A stretch of DNA of 64,000 nucleotides from TPA_inf: Saccharomyces. Taxonomy: Eukaryota. The stretch covers positions 160,001 to 224,000 of the forward strand of contig BK006944.2 in the NCBI GenBank assembly GCA_000146045.2, written 5' to 3'. The translations under genes and the position numbers were made by a program. Each line of letters starts with the position of its first letter. The stretch's first letter is position 1. Positions 34,867 through 48,246 of the stretch are shown in pieces. The notes beneath the pieces were generated by a model. The model was not told the origin of the DNA. It ran no database searches and saw only the letters and a program-made list of their open reading frames with translations.

Positions 34867-34999
34867 CTGCTTCTTATGTAATCTGTTGCCGGCCAAACGA
34901 GCAATATTATTCTATATCAAAATCGTCAGGAAACTGGTCGACTTGACTCAAGTTTCATTAAGACAAGAATATAAATTTAAAAAATCATTATTGACCTAA
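34478..34999 (+). other. Dubious ORF overlapping the RMA1 5' end on the opposite strand (YKL131W-like)
   Basis: No recognisable domain. Antisense to a conserved gene. Confidence 0.1.
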
Positions 35000-35287
35000 A
35001 TTGGGGTCCCTCCCACATCAGAGGAGGCTTCATTTTAGGCTATAGTTCCTCATATTTTTTTTCCTTGGCACACCTGCCATTCTCCTTTGCATACCTATTG
35101 TATCAAAAAGTGAGAAAAAAACAGCGCGGTTTGAGATGCTGAAAATGAGTACGCCAGAATAAGAGCCGATCATCAGTGTTTTGAAAGCTTACTTTCTGTG
35201 CTATGTGATGAGGCTATTCATGTATATATATATGTTCTATTAACTAGTGGTACTTATTTGCTCTTTTTGAGCTAAAAACTGAAGGCC

Positions 35288-36028
35288 TCAGTTTTTCAAT
35301 TTACCAAATTTGTCATGCCATTTAGTAGCGACAACATCAAATTCTTCGTCCAAGGCGCTCAGCTTACCATCTAAAATGGAGTGCCACGCAGCTGACAAGG
35401 TCTGAAATTCTTCTTCGGAGTTGACAGGAAGAATCTCCTGCAAGAAGATATTATCAGTTTCTCCGATATTCGTTCCGTCCTCATCTGCGCATTTAATGGC
35501 AAATTGAACAACTTCTAAATCTAGCAGGTTGCTGCCTATACGCAAAGACTCAATCATCCATTGAGAAAATTTCACGAAATGATTGTAGGTATCGTCAATG
35601 GCTAATATGGACTCTGCTGTTAGCGTTAGGTCCTCGTTCAAAGTTTTAGATAAAATTTCCTTTTGTAATGACTGCGTTAGATAATAGTTCAGTAAGTCAA
35701 ACGTTTCAACACATTTAACAAACATTGAAGCTATTGGTAAAATTACCTTGTCAAACGAATCCGCCTCTGGGTCTAATTCGTTTTTACCTTCATTGATAAA
35801 CTCTGATGCATTATAGCTTAACACACAATCGTTGTAAAATCTCAATTTCTTAACAAATTTAATCAAAGTAGTTCTCTCGAATCGTAGCGTAGCTACCCTT
35901 CGCAAATGACTGATGAACTTGTTCAGCACGTGAATATAAGATGAGAGATACCGGGAGAGTAAGGCGAGTATTTGTTCAACTAATTCACAAGTTCCAGGAG
36001 TGACTTTGATATCTTTGTCTTTGCTCAT
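35288..36028 (-). CDS. SHE2: RNA-binding protein for ASH1 mRNA localisation
   Basis: 246 aa from the ATG at 36026-36028 (MSKDKDIKVTPGTCELVEQILALLSRY...). Matches YKL130C. The listed ORF start at 36133 is a TTG. Confidence 0.93.
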   Translation of the reverse strand: MSKDKDIKVTPGTCELVEQILALLSRYLSSYIHVLNKFISHLRRVATLRFERTTLIKFVKKLRFYNDCVLSYNASEFINEGKNELDPEADSFDKVILPIASMFVKCVETFDLLNYYLTQSLQKEILSKTLNEDLTLTAESILAIDDTYNHFVKFSQWMIESLRIGSNLLDLEVVQFAIKCADEDGTNIGETDNIFLQEILPVNSEEEFQTLSAAWHSILDGKLSALDEEFDVVATKWHDKFGKLKN

Positions 36029-36348
36029 TTTTAAGTGTCTGGTATTATGCAAAAGGAAAATTAAGGAGGGTTTACTGTGCTTTCTCTTTTTTTGAGAAAA
36101 ATGTCTTGAGTAAAGTGAGGATTTTACTGTCAAATCTTTAAAGCTTGTTTTGAACGATGTCCTGCATTAAAGTGGGAGTTTTTCAAAACGGGAAAATACA
36201 AACAAAAAATGAAAAAAAAAAAAAAAAAGGGACTTTAACTTTCTGCGAGAGTATGTTTAAAAGTATATGTAATGCACTTTTGGTATGTTAAGAGGCATGC
36301 ACGAAGAACCATTCTATAAGAGACTAAACATCTATATATTCATGTTAA

Positions 36349-40173
<3,825 letters not shown>

Positions 40174-40883
40174 TTATAAGTATTTCTCTTTACTTTTTTT
40201 GATTCAAATGTGATCAGCAAATTAATGTTTTATAACTGGATTGTTGTTAATTTGCTCGCGGTCAATTGAATCGAGATTGCTTTAACCCTTTATAATAGAT
40301 TACTCTATATTTACTTGTCACAGCAAACGGTTTCCTTTTTCGGTAAAGCTCTTCCCGAGGTTTATTATATAAATGCAAATCGATCAGTTTACCTTTAGTT
40401 AGAAAAGCGATGGAGCTAGCATCTTGCTACTATATAATAGTTGTTCAAGATCGTAGGTCTGCCTGCCGAGTGATTAGGGGAGGCTACTGAAGTTTGTTTT
40501 AATGTACCGGTTACATTTTCTTGTACGAAAGTATATGAAGGGGGCTTATTACTTCCAAGCCTATATTTTCTGTGGCATCGATTAGTATAGTATAAAAGAG
40601 GGAGTGGACATAGCGGTGAAAACTATACAAGAATAAAAAAGGAACTAAGAACCCTTTGCATTCATATAATTTCACATATGCATTTTTTATTTTATACTCA
40701 AATGTATGTTCTCACCTAGCTTGAGAAAGCGATGATCAAAGTGAAAGGTTCAACCATTTCTCAAAGTGCTTAACACATTATTTGAAAAGAAAGGGTTTTA
40801 TTCCATCCACTCTATTATATCTATAAAAAATTATTTAAATTACCCACATATTTGAAAGTCCCGAATGGGCGCTGTGGGAAAAT

Positions 40884-41771
40884 TCAGAGCCTGCCGCGAT
40901 CGGCCGTGTTGACTGGTACTTCCACGACGACAGCGACGACTTTACCTGTGTCCAGGTTATAAATTGGAGGATGCTGTAAGTTTCTCAAGACACTTTGAAT
41001 GACACCTGAGTGACAAGTAAGCGAGATGAATTTTTCTTCGCTTGACAATTGATTAAATAGTTCAAATAATCCATTCAGTGTACGTTTGTCCATTTCAGCA
41101 CACGTTTCTCTATGATCAGGAAGCCACAATTCATCATCTTCTGGGTAATCTGGTACATATTGCCAATGTACAGTGTGGCCCGATTCCGTGCTGAAATCCT
41201 GGTATTCGTCAACTGCCATTGAGTGAGCCACTCTTTTGTCACAAGTGTGAGAGCCCAACGTCTCCCTTAGACCTTCTATAATGCGTGTAGAAATTTTAGT
41301 TCCGGCCGGTAATTCTTGCGTCTCCGCTAACACTGGTGTCCACGACTCAATGAATGTTTCGAGACATCTTCTCATTGGAGAACTGAAAAACACATGAGGT
41401 AGCATACCTAATTGCTTTGCCATTGGTAGCAAGACATTCGATCCTGTTCTTCTAACTTGATCTTTACCCAGAGGTGTCAGTTTAGAGTCAAGCCACTCTC
41501 CATGTTCATCGCCCGAAAGCAACGACCAATAGGCGTCCCATTTCTCCATACCGTACCTCAGTATGGCAGCATTGTGGTAACCTTGACCATGCCTAGCTAA
41601 AATCAACAGCTTATAGTGGCGATTTTTGGTATTTCTAGGGATAGCATGATACAGTTCCTTCCAATTCTTATGGTTAATCAATTCTAAGTGATCATATTTC
41701 GTGGAGTCTAATCCTTGAAAACCCTCACTTGGATATGCAGCAAAATATCCTGGGACTGCTCTGAGTGACAT
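40884..41771 (-). CDS. PMU1: Phosphoglycerate-mutase-family phosphatase-like protein
   Basis: 295 aa with a histidine-phosphatase RHGQG motif (LILARHGQGYHN). Matches YKL128C. Confidence 0.9.
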   Translation of the reverse strand: MSLRAVPGYFAAYPSEGFQGLDSTKYDHLELINHKNWKELYHAIPRNTKNRHYKLLILARHGQGYHNAAILRYGMEKWDAYWSLLSGDEHGEWLDSKLTPLGKDQVRRTGSNVLLPMAKQLGMLPHVFFSSPMRRCLETFIESWTPVLAETQELPAGTKISTRIIEGLRETLGSHTCDKRVAHSMAVDEYQDFSTESGHTVHWQYVPDYPEDDELWLPDHRETCAEMDKRTLNGLFELFNQLSSEEKFISLTCHSGVIQSVLRNLQHPPIYNLDTGKVVAVVVEVPVNTADRGRL

Positions 41772-42643
41772 TGTTGAATAACTGTTGGTGATTTCACGCA
41801 GCAGAGTCTTGGAAAGAAATCGTTAAATAACATACAAATCTCTCGAGGGTTTTTTTTTGCAAATGACACTTTTTACTTTTTCCAGTACTAGCTAGCACCC
41901 GAAAAATTAACTTGACTCGCACATGCCTGCTGGGTCATATCCGAATCTGCAAGAAATTAGGATTACAAATATTTATTCAAACGTTGCACAACCACGCAAT
42001 AGAAGATAATATCTGTAAATTTTAATCGCTTTCATCTGAAAACACTGAGCCTCTTCTTAATTTTCACGGACTTTTTCGCAGCCCAGGTTTGACCGGCTAA
42101 GTACGAACCTCTTTTGTTTGGAATAAGAGTTTGGTATTAATCAATTGTTGGTACAAAAGATTAATAGTATTACTTGTGTTTTCAGAATATAATTGTCCGT
42201 GAGCGTCCTAACTGTCATCGAGTTTATAGGAAGCTAATTAGTAAGGACTGACCATGCAAACCCAGCAATGAATGAAAGGATATAAACGAGGGAAGAAATG
42301 GTAGCAGTATTAAGTAAAATTGTCCATTTCCCCTCGTGAAATTATCCAAAACGCGGCAGAAGAACTTTTAAGTTATCTACTGTACATAGTGTTATTGTCC
42401 TCACGTGAATTGAATTGAAACTTTTTCAGAACATTATCGCTGAACTATAAATGAAATTTTGTAATGATTGTTCTGATCCCATCTTACTAAAAGCATTATT
42501 GTGAAGTATAAAATACAATAAATTTCTTCTCAAAAAAACTTGCCGTACATGATATGGAGAAATAGGTGAATTTAGGGATAGTAGTTATTATAATGAGCCT
42601 ATTATAGAGAATCTATTATCGATTTCTAACGGTCGTATCAATC

Positions 42644-42983
42644 TGTTGTATTACGGGCTCGAGTAATACCGGAGTGTCTTGACAATCCTAATATAAACAG
42701 TCTTAGGGAAGTAACCAGTTGTCAAAACAGTTTATCAGATTAATTCACGGAATGTTACTTATCTTATATATTATATAAAATATGAATCATACTAAGTGGT
42801 GGAAGCGCGGAATCTCGGATCTAAACTAATTGTTCAGGCATTTATACTTTGGGTAGTTCAGCTAGGGAAGGTCGGGTTTTGTCTCATGTTGTTCGTTTTG
42901 TTATAAGGTTGTTTCATATGTGTTTTATGAACGTTCAGGGTGACGTATTGTCATACTGACATATCTCATTTTGAGATACAACA
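42644..42983 (-). mobile_element. Solo sigma LTR (Ty3), 340 bp, flanked by a perfect 5-bp target-site duplication CAATC (42639-42643 and 42984-42988)
   Basis: The minus strand reads TGTTGTATCTCAAAATGAGATATGTCAGTATGACAATACGTCACCCTGAACGTTCATAAAACAC...ACTCGAGCCCGTAATACAACA, the canonical sigma sequence with TGTTGTA...TACAACA inverted termini. It ends 15 bp from the mature 5' end of tRNA-Lys. Confidence 0.9.
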
Positions 42984-42998
42984 CAATCACGTTTAAAA

Positions 42999-43071
42999 GC
43001 CTTGTTGGCGCAATCGGTAGCGCGTATGACTCTTAATCATAAGGTTAGGGGTTCGAGCCCCCTACAGGGCT
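42999..43071 (+). tRNA. tK(CUU)K: tRNA-Lys (anticodon CUU)
   Basis: GCCTTGTTGGCGCAATCGGTAGCGCGTATGACTCTTAATCATAAGGTTAGGGGTTCGAGCCCCCTACAGGGCT. Cloverleaf with anticodon loop cT-CTT-Aa. A-box TGGCGCAATCGG and B-box GGTTCGAGCCC Pol III promoters. No intron. Confidence 0.92.
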
Positions 43072-43540
43072 TTCTTTTTAAAACAGGATGCTAAAGCCGA
43101 CACCGTTCAAACACAAGTGGCAGCTTTTCTCGAGAACAGCAATGCCCACAGTTTTATTTACAATTTTACACTATTGACGTGGAGATTTTTTTATCCCGCA
43201 TATGACCTAGTAGAGGATCTCTGTCTTCCCCTGATAAATGTCAAATGTATGACGTTACCACAATTGTATCACGGTGGTTTCAGTCTGTCATGAGGAATAA
43301 GGGCATTCAGTACCGACAATGCTATACTTGTAAATAGAAAAATGATGTTCTAAAATCGGCATTCTCGCTATTTGAGATTTTGTCTTTTTTTACCTGGTAT
43401 TTCGCGTTTATATTACGGATGCAAGAAAAGGAGAAGGGCGCATCACATCGATTTTGGTCTACCTATAAACATTCTCTCTCTCATCCACTTTCGGTTCAAT
43501 AGTGCAAAAATAGGTAACTAACAACTCAATTGAATAGTAA

Positions 43541-45253
43541 ATGTCACTTCTAATAGATTCTGTACCAACAGTTGCTTATAAGGACCAAAAACCGGGTACT
43601 TCAGGTTTACGTAAGAAGACCAAGGTTTTCATGGATGAGCCTCATTATACTGAGAACTTCATTCAAGCAACAATGCAATCTATCCCTAATGGCTCAGAGG
43701 GAACCACTTTAGTTGTTGGAGGAGATGGTCGTTTCTACAACGATGTTATCATGAACAAGATTGCCGCAGTAGGTGCTGCAAACGGTGTCAGAAAGTTAGT
43801 CATTGGTCAAGGCGGTTTACTTTCAACACCAGCTGCTTCTCATATAATTAGAACATACGAGGAAAAGTGTACCGGTGGTGGTATCATATTAACTGCCTCA
43901 CACAACCCAGGCGGTCCAGAGAATGATTTAGGTATCAAGTATAATTTACCTAATGGTGGGCCAGCTCCAGAGAGTGTCACTAACGCTATCTGGGAAGCGT
44001 CTAAAAAATTAACTCACTATAAAATTATAAAGAACTTCCCCAAGTTGAATTTGAACAAGCTTGGTAAAAACCAAAAATATGGCCCATTGTTAGTGGACAT
44101 AATTGATCCTGCCAAAGCATACGTTCAATTTCTGAAGGAAATTTTTGATTTTGACTTAATTAAAAGCTTCTTAGCGAAACAGCGCAAAGACAAAGGGTGG
44201 AAGTTGTTGTTTGACTCCTTAAATGGTATTACAGGACCATATGGTAAGGCTATATTTGTTGATGAATTTGGTTTACCGGCAGAGGAAGTTCTTCAAAATT
44301 GGCACCCTTTACCTGATTTCGGCGGTTTACATCCCGATCCGAATCTAACCTATGCACGAACTCTTGTTGACAGGGTTGACCGCGAAAAAATTGCCTTTGG
44401 AGCAGCCTCCGATGGTGATGGTGATAGGAATATGATTTACGGTTATGGCCCTGCTTTCGTTTCGCCAGGTGATTCTGTTGCCATTATTGCCGAATATGCA
44501 CCCGAAATTCCATACTTCGCCAAACAAGGTATTTATGGCTTGGCACGTTCATTTCCTACATCCTCAGCCATTGATCGTGTTGCAGCAAAAAAGGGATTAA
44601 GATGTTACGAAGTTCCAACCGGCTGGAAATTCTTCTGTGCCTTATTTGATGCTAAAAAGCTATCAATCTGTGGTGAAGAATCCTTCGGTACAGGTTCCAA
44701 TCATATCAGAGAAAAGGACGGTCTATGGGCCATTATTGCTTGGTTAAATATCTTGGCTATCTACCATAGGCGTAACCCTGAAAAGGAAGCTTCGATCAAA
44801 ACTATTCAGGACGAATTTTGGAACGAGTATGGCCGTACTTTCTTCACAAGATACGATTACGAACATATCGAATGCGAGCAGGCCGAAAAAGTTGTAGCTC
44901 TTTTGAGTGAATTTGTATCAAGGCCAAACGTTTGTGGCTCCCACTTCCCAGCTGATGAGTCTTTAACCGTTATCGATTGTGGTGATTTTTCGTATAGAGA
45001 TCTAGATGGCTCCATCTCTGAAAATCAAGGCCTTTTCGTAAAGTTTTCGAATGGGACTAAATTTGTTTTGAGGTTATCCGGCACAGGCAGTTCTGGTGCA
45101 ACAATAAGATTATACGTAGAAAAGTATACTGATAAAAAGGAGAACTATGGCCAAACAGCTGACGTCTTCTTGAAACCCGTCATCAACTCCATTGTAAAAT
45201 TCTTAAGATTTAAAGAAATTTTAGGAACAGACGAACCAACAGTCCGCACATAG
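43541..45253 (+). CDS. PGM1: Phosphoglucomutase (minor isoform)
   Basis: 570 aa with the active-site phosphoserine loop TASHNPGG and metal-binding DGDGDR. Matches YKL127W. Confidence 0.97.
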   Translation: MSLLIDSVPTVAYKDQKPGTSGLRKKTKVFMDEPHYTENFIQATMQSIPNGSEGTTLVVGGDGRFYNDVIMNKIAAVGAANGVRKLVIGQGGLLSTPAASHIIRTYEEKCTGGGIILTASHNPGGPENDLGIKYNLPNGGPAPESVTNAIWEASKKLTHYKIIKNFPKLNLNKLGKNQKYGPLLVDIIDPAKAYVQFLKEIFDFDLIKSFLAKQRKDKGWKLLFDSLNGITGPYGKAIFVDEFGLPAEEVLQNWHPLPDFGGLHPDPNLTYARTLVDRVDREKIAFGAASDGDGDRNMIYGYGPAFVSPGDSVAIIAEYAPEIPYFAKQGIYGLARSFPTSSAIDRVAAKKGLRCYEVPTGWKFFCALFDAKKLSICGEESFGTGSNHIREKDGLWAIIAWLNILAIYHRRNPEKEASIKTIQDEFWNEYGRTFFTRYDYEHIECEQAEKVVALLSEFVSRPNVCGSHFPADESLTVIDCGDFSYRDLDGSISENQGLFVKFSNGTKFVLRLSGTGSSGATIRLYVEKYTDKKENYGQTADVFLKPVINSIVKFLRFKEILGTDEPTVRT

Positions 45254-45706
45254 AATTATTGGTCTTGAACAAGCACTAATTTTCCAAAGATGTTTTAACT
45301 GATCTTAATTTATATGTAGAGGATATATGTAGTATATCTATTTTTTGCTGATTGACTTATCAATTAGCTTCATAATACAACATTGTTTTTGTTTTTCGTT
45401 ACTCGCGACTTTCTTCGCGGCAGAGCCGCGCTACAGGAAAACAAGATCAAAACATGCCCCTATTGGAAGGCTTAAAAAATGCTTATCCCGAACGAGCCAA
45501 CGGTAATCAACACTATCGTCATACCAACAACAGTTGAGTTATTTTTCGCTCCCATACTTTTTAGAATTGGTTTGTTTGTGTTTGGTTAAATTTCAAAGCC
45601 TTTATATTCTTTGATATAGATTACTCTACAATTTCTTTGTATACAGCGGGAAATTGACACTTCAAAGTTCCTCTCATATCAACAAACATTAATACAGTTC
45701 CTGAAA

Positions 45707-47749
45707 ATGTATTCTTGGAAGTCAAAGTTTAAGTTTGGAAAATCTAAAGAAGAAAAAGAAGCCAAACATAGTGGGTTTTTTCACTCCTCTAAAAAGGAAG
45801 AACAGCAGAATAATCAAGCAACTGCGGGGGAACATGATGCTTCAATTACTCGTTCATCTTTAGACAGGAAGGGCACGATAAATCCATCAAATTCATCAGT
45901 GGTCCCGGTTCGTGTTTCATACGATGCATCCTCATCGACCTCTACTGTACGAGATTCAAATGGTGGTAATTCAGAAAACACGAACTCATCTCAAAATTTA
46001 GATGAAACAGCAAATATTGGTTCTACAGGGACACCCAATGATGCCACCTCAAGTTCAGGAATGATGACTATCAAAGTATATAATGGTGATGACTTTATTT
46101 TACCTTTTCCGATTACCTCAAGCGAGCAAATATTGAATAAACTATTGGCCTCGGGTGTTCCACCGCCACATAAGGAGATTAGTAAAGAAGTAGATGCTTT
46201 AATTGCACAACTGTCCCGTGTTCAAATAAAGAACCAAGGTCCAGCTGATGAAGATTTGATCTCTAGCGAGTCAGCAGCAAAGTTCATCCCATCTACTATC
46301 ATGTTACCAGGGTCTTCGACCTTAAATCCCTTACTATATTTCACCATTGAATTTGATAATACAGTTGCAACTATTGAAGCAGAGTATGGTACGATCGCTA
46401 AACCTGGTTTCAATAAGATATCTACCTTTGATGTGACAAGGAAATTACCTTATTTAAAGATTGATGTATTTGCAAGAATTCCGTCCATTCTTTTGCCCTC
46501 GAAGACATGGCAACAGGAGATGGGTTTGCAAGACGAGAAGCTACAGACCATTTTTGATAAAATAAATTCCAATCAAGATATACATTTAGATTCTTTCCAT
46601 TTGCCCATCAACTTAAGTTTTGACTCTGCAGCTAGTATTAGACTATATAATCACCACTGGATCACATTGGATAATGGCTTGGGTAAGATCAATATTAGTA
46701 TTGATTATAAACCTTCCAGAAATAAACCTTTGTCCATCGATGATTTCGATCTTTTGAAAGTTATCGGTAAGGGTTCGTTTGGTAAAGTGATGCAAGTCAG
46801 AAAGAAAGATACACAAAAAGTATACGCTTTGAAGGCAATCAGAAAATCATACATTGTCTCTAAATCCGAAGTCACGCATACTTTGGCAGAAAGAACCGTT
46901 CTAGCACGTGTTGATTGTCCATTTATTGTACCTTTGAAGTTTTCTTTCCAATCACCGGAAAAATTATACTTTGTTTTAGCGTTTATCAATGGTGGTGAGT
47001 TGTTTTATCATCTACAAAAGGAAGGAAGGTTTGATTTATCACGTGCCAGATTTTATACCGCAGAATTGTTATGTGCGCTAGACAACTTGCATAAACTAGA
47101 TGTTGTCTATCGTGATTTGAAACCAGAGAATATTTTATTGGATTATCAAGGCCACATTGCCCTTTGTGATTTCGGGCTATGCAAATTGAATATGAAGGAT
47201 GATGATAAGACAGATACTTTTTGTGGGACCCCAGAATACTTGGCACCAGAACTATTGCTAGGTTTAGGCTATACAAAGGCAGTAGATTGGTGGACATTGG
47301 GAGTCTTGTTATACGAGATGCTCACAGGTCTTCCTCCTTATTATGATGAAGATGTTCCAAAAATGTATAAGAAGATTCTACAGGAGCCACTAGTTTTCCC
47401 AGATGGATTTGATAGAGATGCAAAGGATCTATTGATTGGATTATTGAGCCGTGATCCGACAAGAAGATTGGGCTACAATGGTGCCGACGAAATTCGGAAC
47501 CATCCTTTTTTCAGCCAATTATCATGGAAGCGCCTGTTGATGAAGGGTTATATTCCACCATATAAACCAGCTGTTAGTAATTCCATGGATACTAGTAATT
47601 TCGATGAGGAATTCACTAGGGAGAAGCCAATTGATAGTGTGGTAGATGAATACTTGAGTGAAAGTGTTCAAAAGCAATTTGGTGGCTGGACATACGTTGG
47701 AAATGAACAGCTAGGTAGCTCAATGGTGCAAGGTAGAAGCATTAGATAG
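45707..47749 (+). CDS. YPK1: AGC-family Ser/Thr kinase (SGK homolog, TORC2/Pkh target)
   Basis: 680 aa with a kinase domain (GKGSFGKVMQV, YRDLKPEN, DFGLCK) and AGC C-terminal turn and hydrophobic motifs. Matches YKL126W. Confidence 0.97.
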   Translation: MYSWKSKFKFGKSKEEKEAKHSGFFHSSKKEEQQNNQATAGEHDASITRSSLDRKGTINPSNSSVVPVRVSYDASSSTSTVRDSNGGNSENTNSSQNLDETANIGSTGTPNDATSSSGMMTIKVYNGDDFILPFPITSSEQILNKLLASGVPPPHKEISKEVDALIAQLSRVQIKNQGPADEDLISSESAAKFIPSTIMLPGSSTLNPLLYFTIEFDNTVATIEAEYGTIAKPGFNKISTFDVTRKLPYLKIDVFARIPSILLPSKTWQQEMGLQDEKLQTIFDKINSNQDIHLDSFHLPINLSFDSAASIRLYNHHWITLDNGLGKINISIDYKPSRNKPLSIDDFDLLKVIGKGSFGKVMQVRKKDTQKVYALKAIRKSYIVSKSEVTHTLAERTVLARVDCPFIVPLKFSFQSPEKLYFVLAFINGGELFYHLQKEGRFDLSRARFYTAELLCALDNLHKLDVVYRDLKPENILLDYQGHIALCDFGLCKLNMKDDDKTDTFCGTPEYLAPELLLGLGYTKAVDWWTLGVLLYEMLTGLPPYYDEDVPKMYKKILQEPLVFPDGFDRDAKDLLIGLLSRDPTRRLGYNGADEIRNHPFFSQLSWKRLLMKGYIPPYKPAVSNSMDTSNFDEEFTREKPIDSVVDEYLSESVQKQFGGWTYVGNEQLGSSMVQGRSIR

Positions 47750-48040
47750 ACTTAGTGAATACATTATCAACTAGTTTACTCATGACATACTTTATATAAA
47801 AAGAAAGGTTTTCTTTTCCGTTACTTACTGTGTTCAAGATGAAGCAACTGTACCAATGGCGCAATTTAAGTTCTAGGATTTATATTTCGAACGTGGGCAA
47901 TACTTCACACATGTGTGGCTTGTGTCTCATGGTCATAGCGTATTGCCTCAGCTTATTCTGATTAGATAAAGGATTTCCTCTCTTACCCTTCCGAGATCCG
48001 TGTCGATGGGGCGGCAGAAAATAAAAAAAAAAAAAGGTGT

Positions 48041-48079
48041 TGAAAATTTTCTCCTTGTATAAAAGATATTTTGATGAGC
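48041..48079 (+). promoter_or_regulatory. RRPE-like (TGAAAATTTTC, 48041-48051) and PAC-like (TGATGAGC, 48072-48079) motifs ~170-200 bp upstream of RRN3, beside an A13 tract
   Basis: Partial matches to the Ribi regulon motifs. The PAC lacks the 5' GC of GCGATGAG. RRN3 is a Pol I initiation factor. Confidence 0.3.
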
Positions 48080-48246
48080 ATCTCTCGTTTGCAGTAGCTT
48101 CTCCTTTTAAAAATATAAAGGTTGTTTTAATCAGCGTTCGACTTTAAATTAACCCAAGACCCCATTGTTAAAATTCTTACCTTAACCACGAACGGATACA
48201 TTGTCTGGTAAAGAAATAACTTTTGTGCAAGACAACAGCTGACAAG

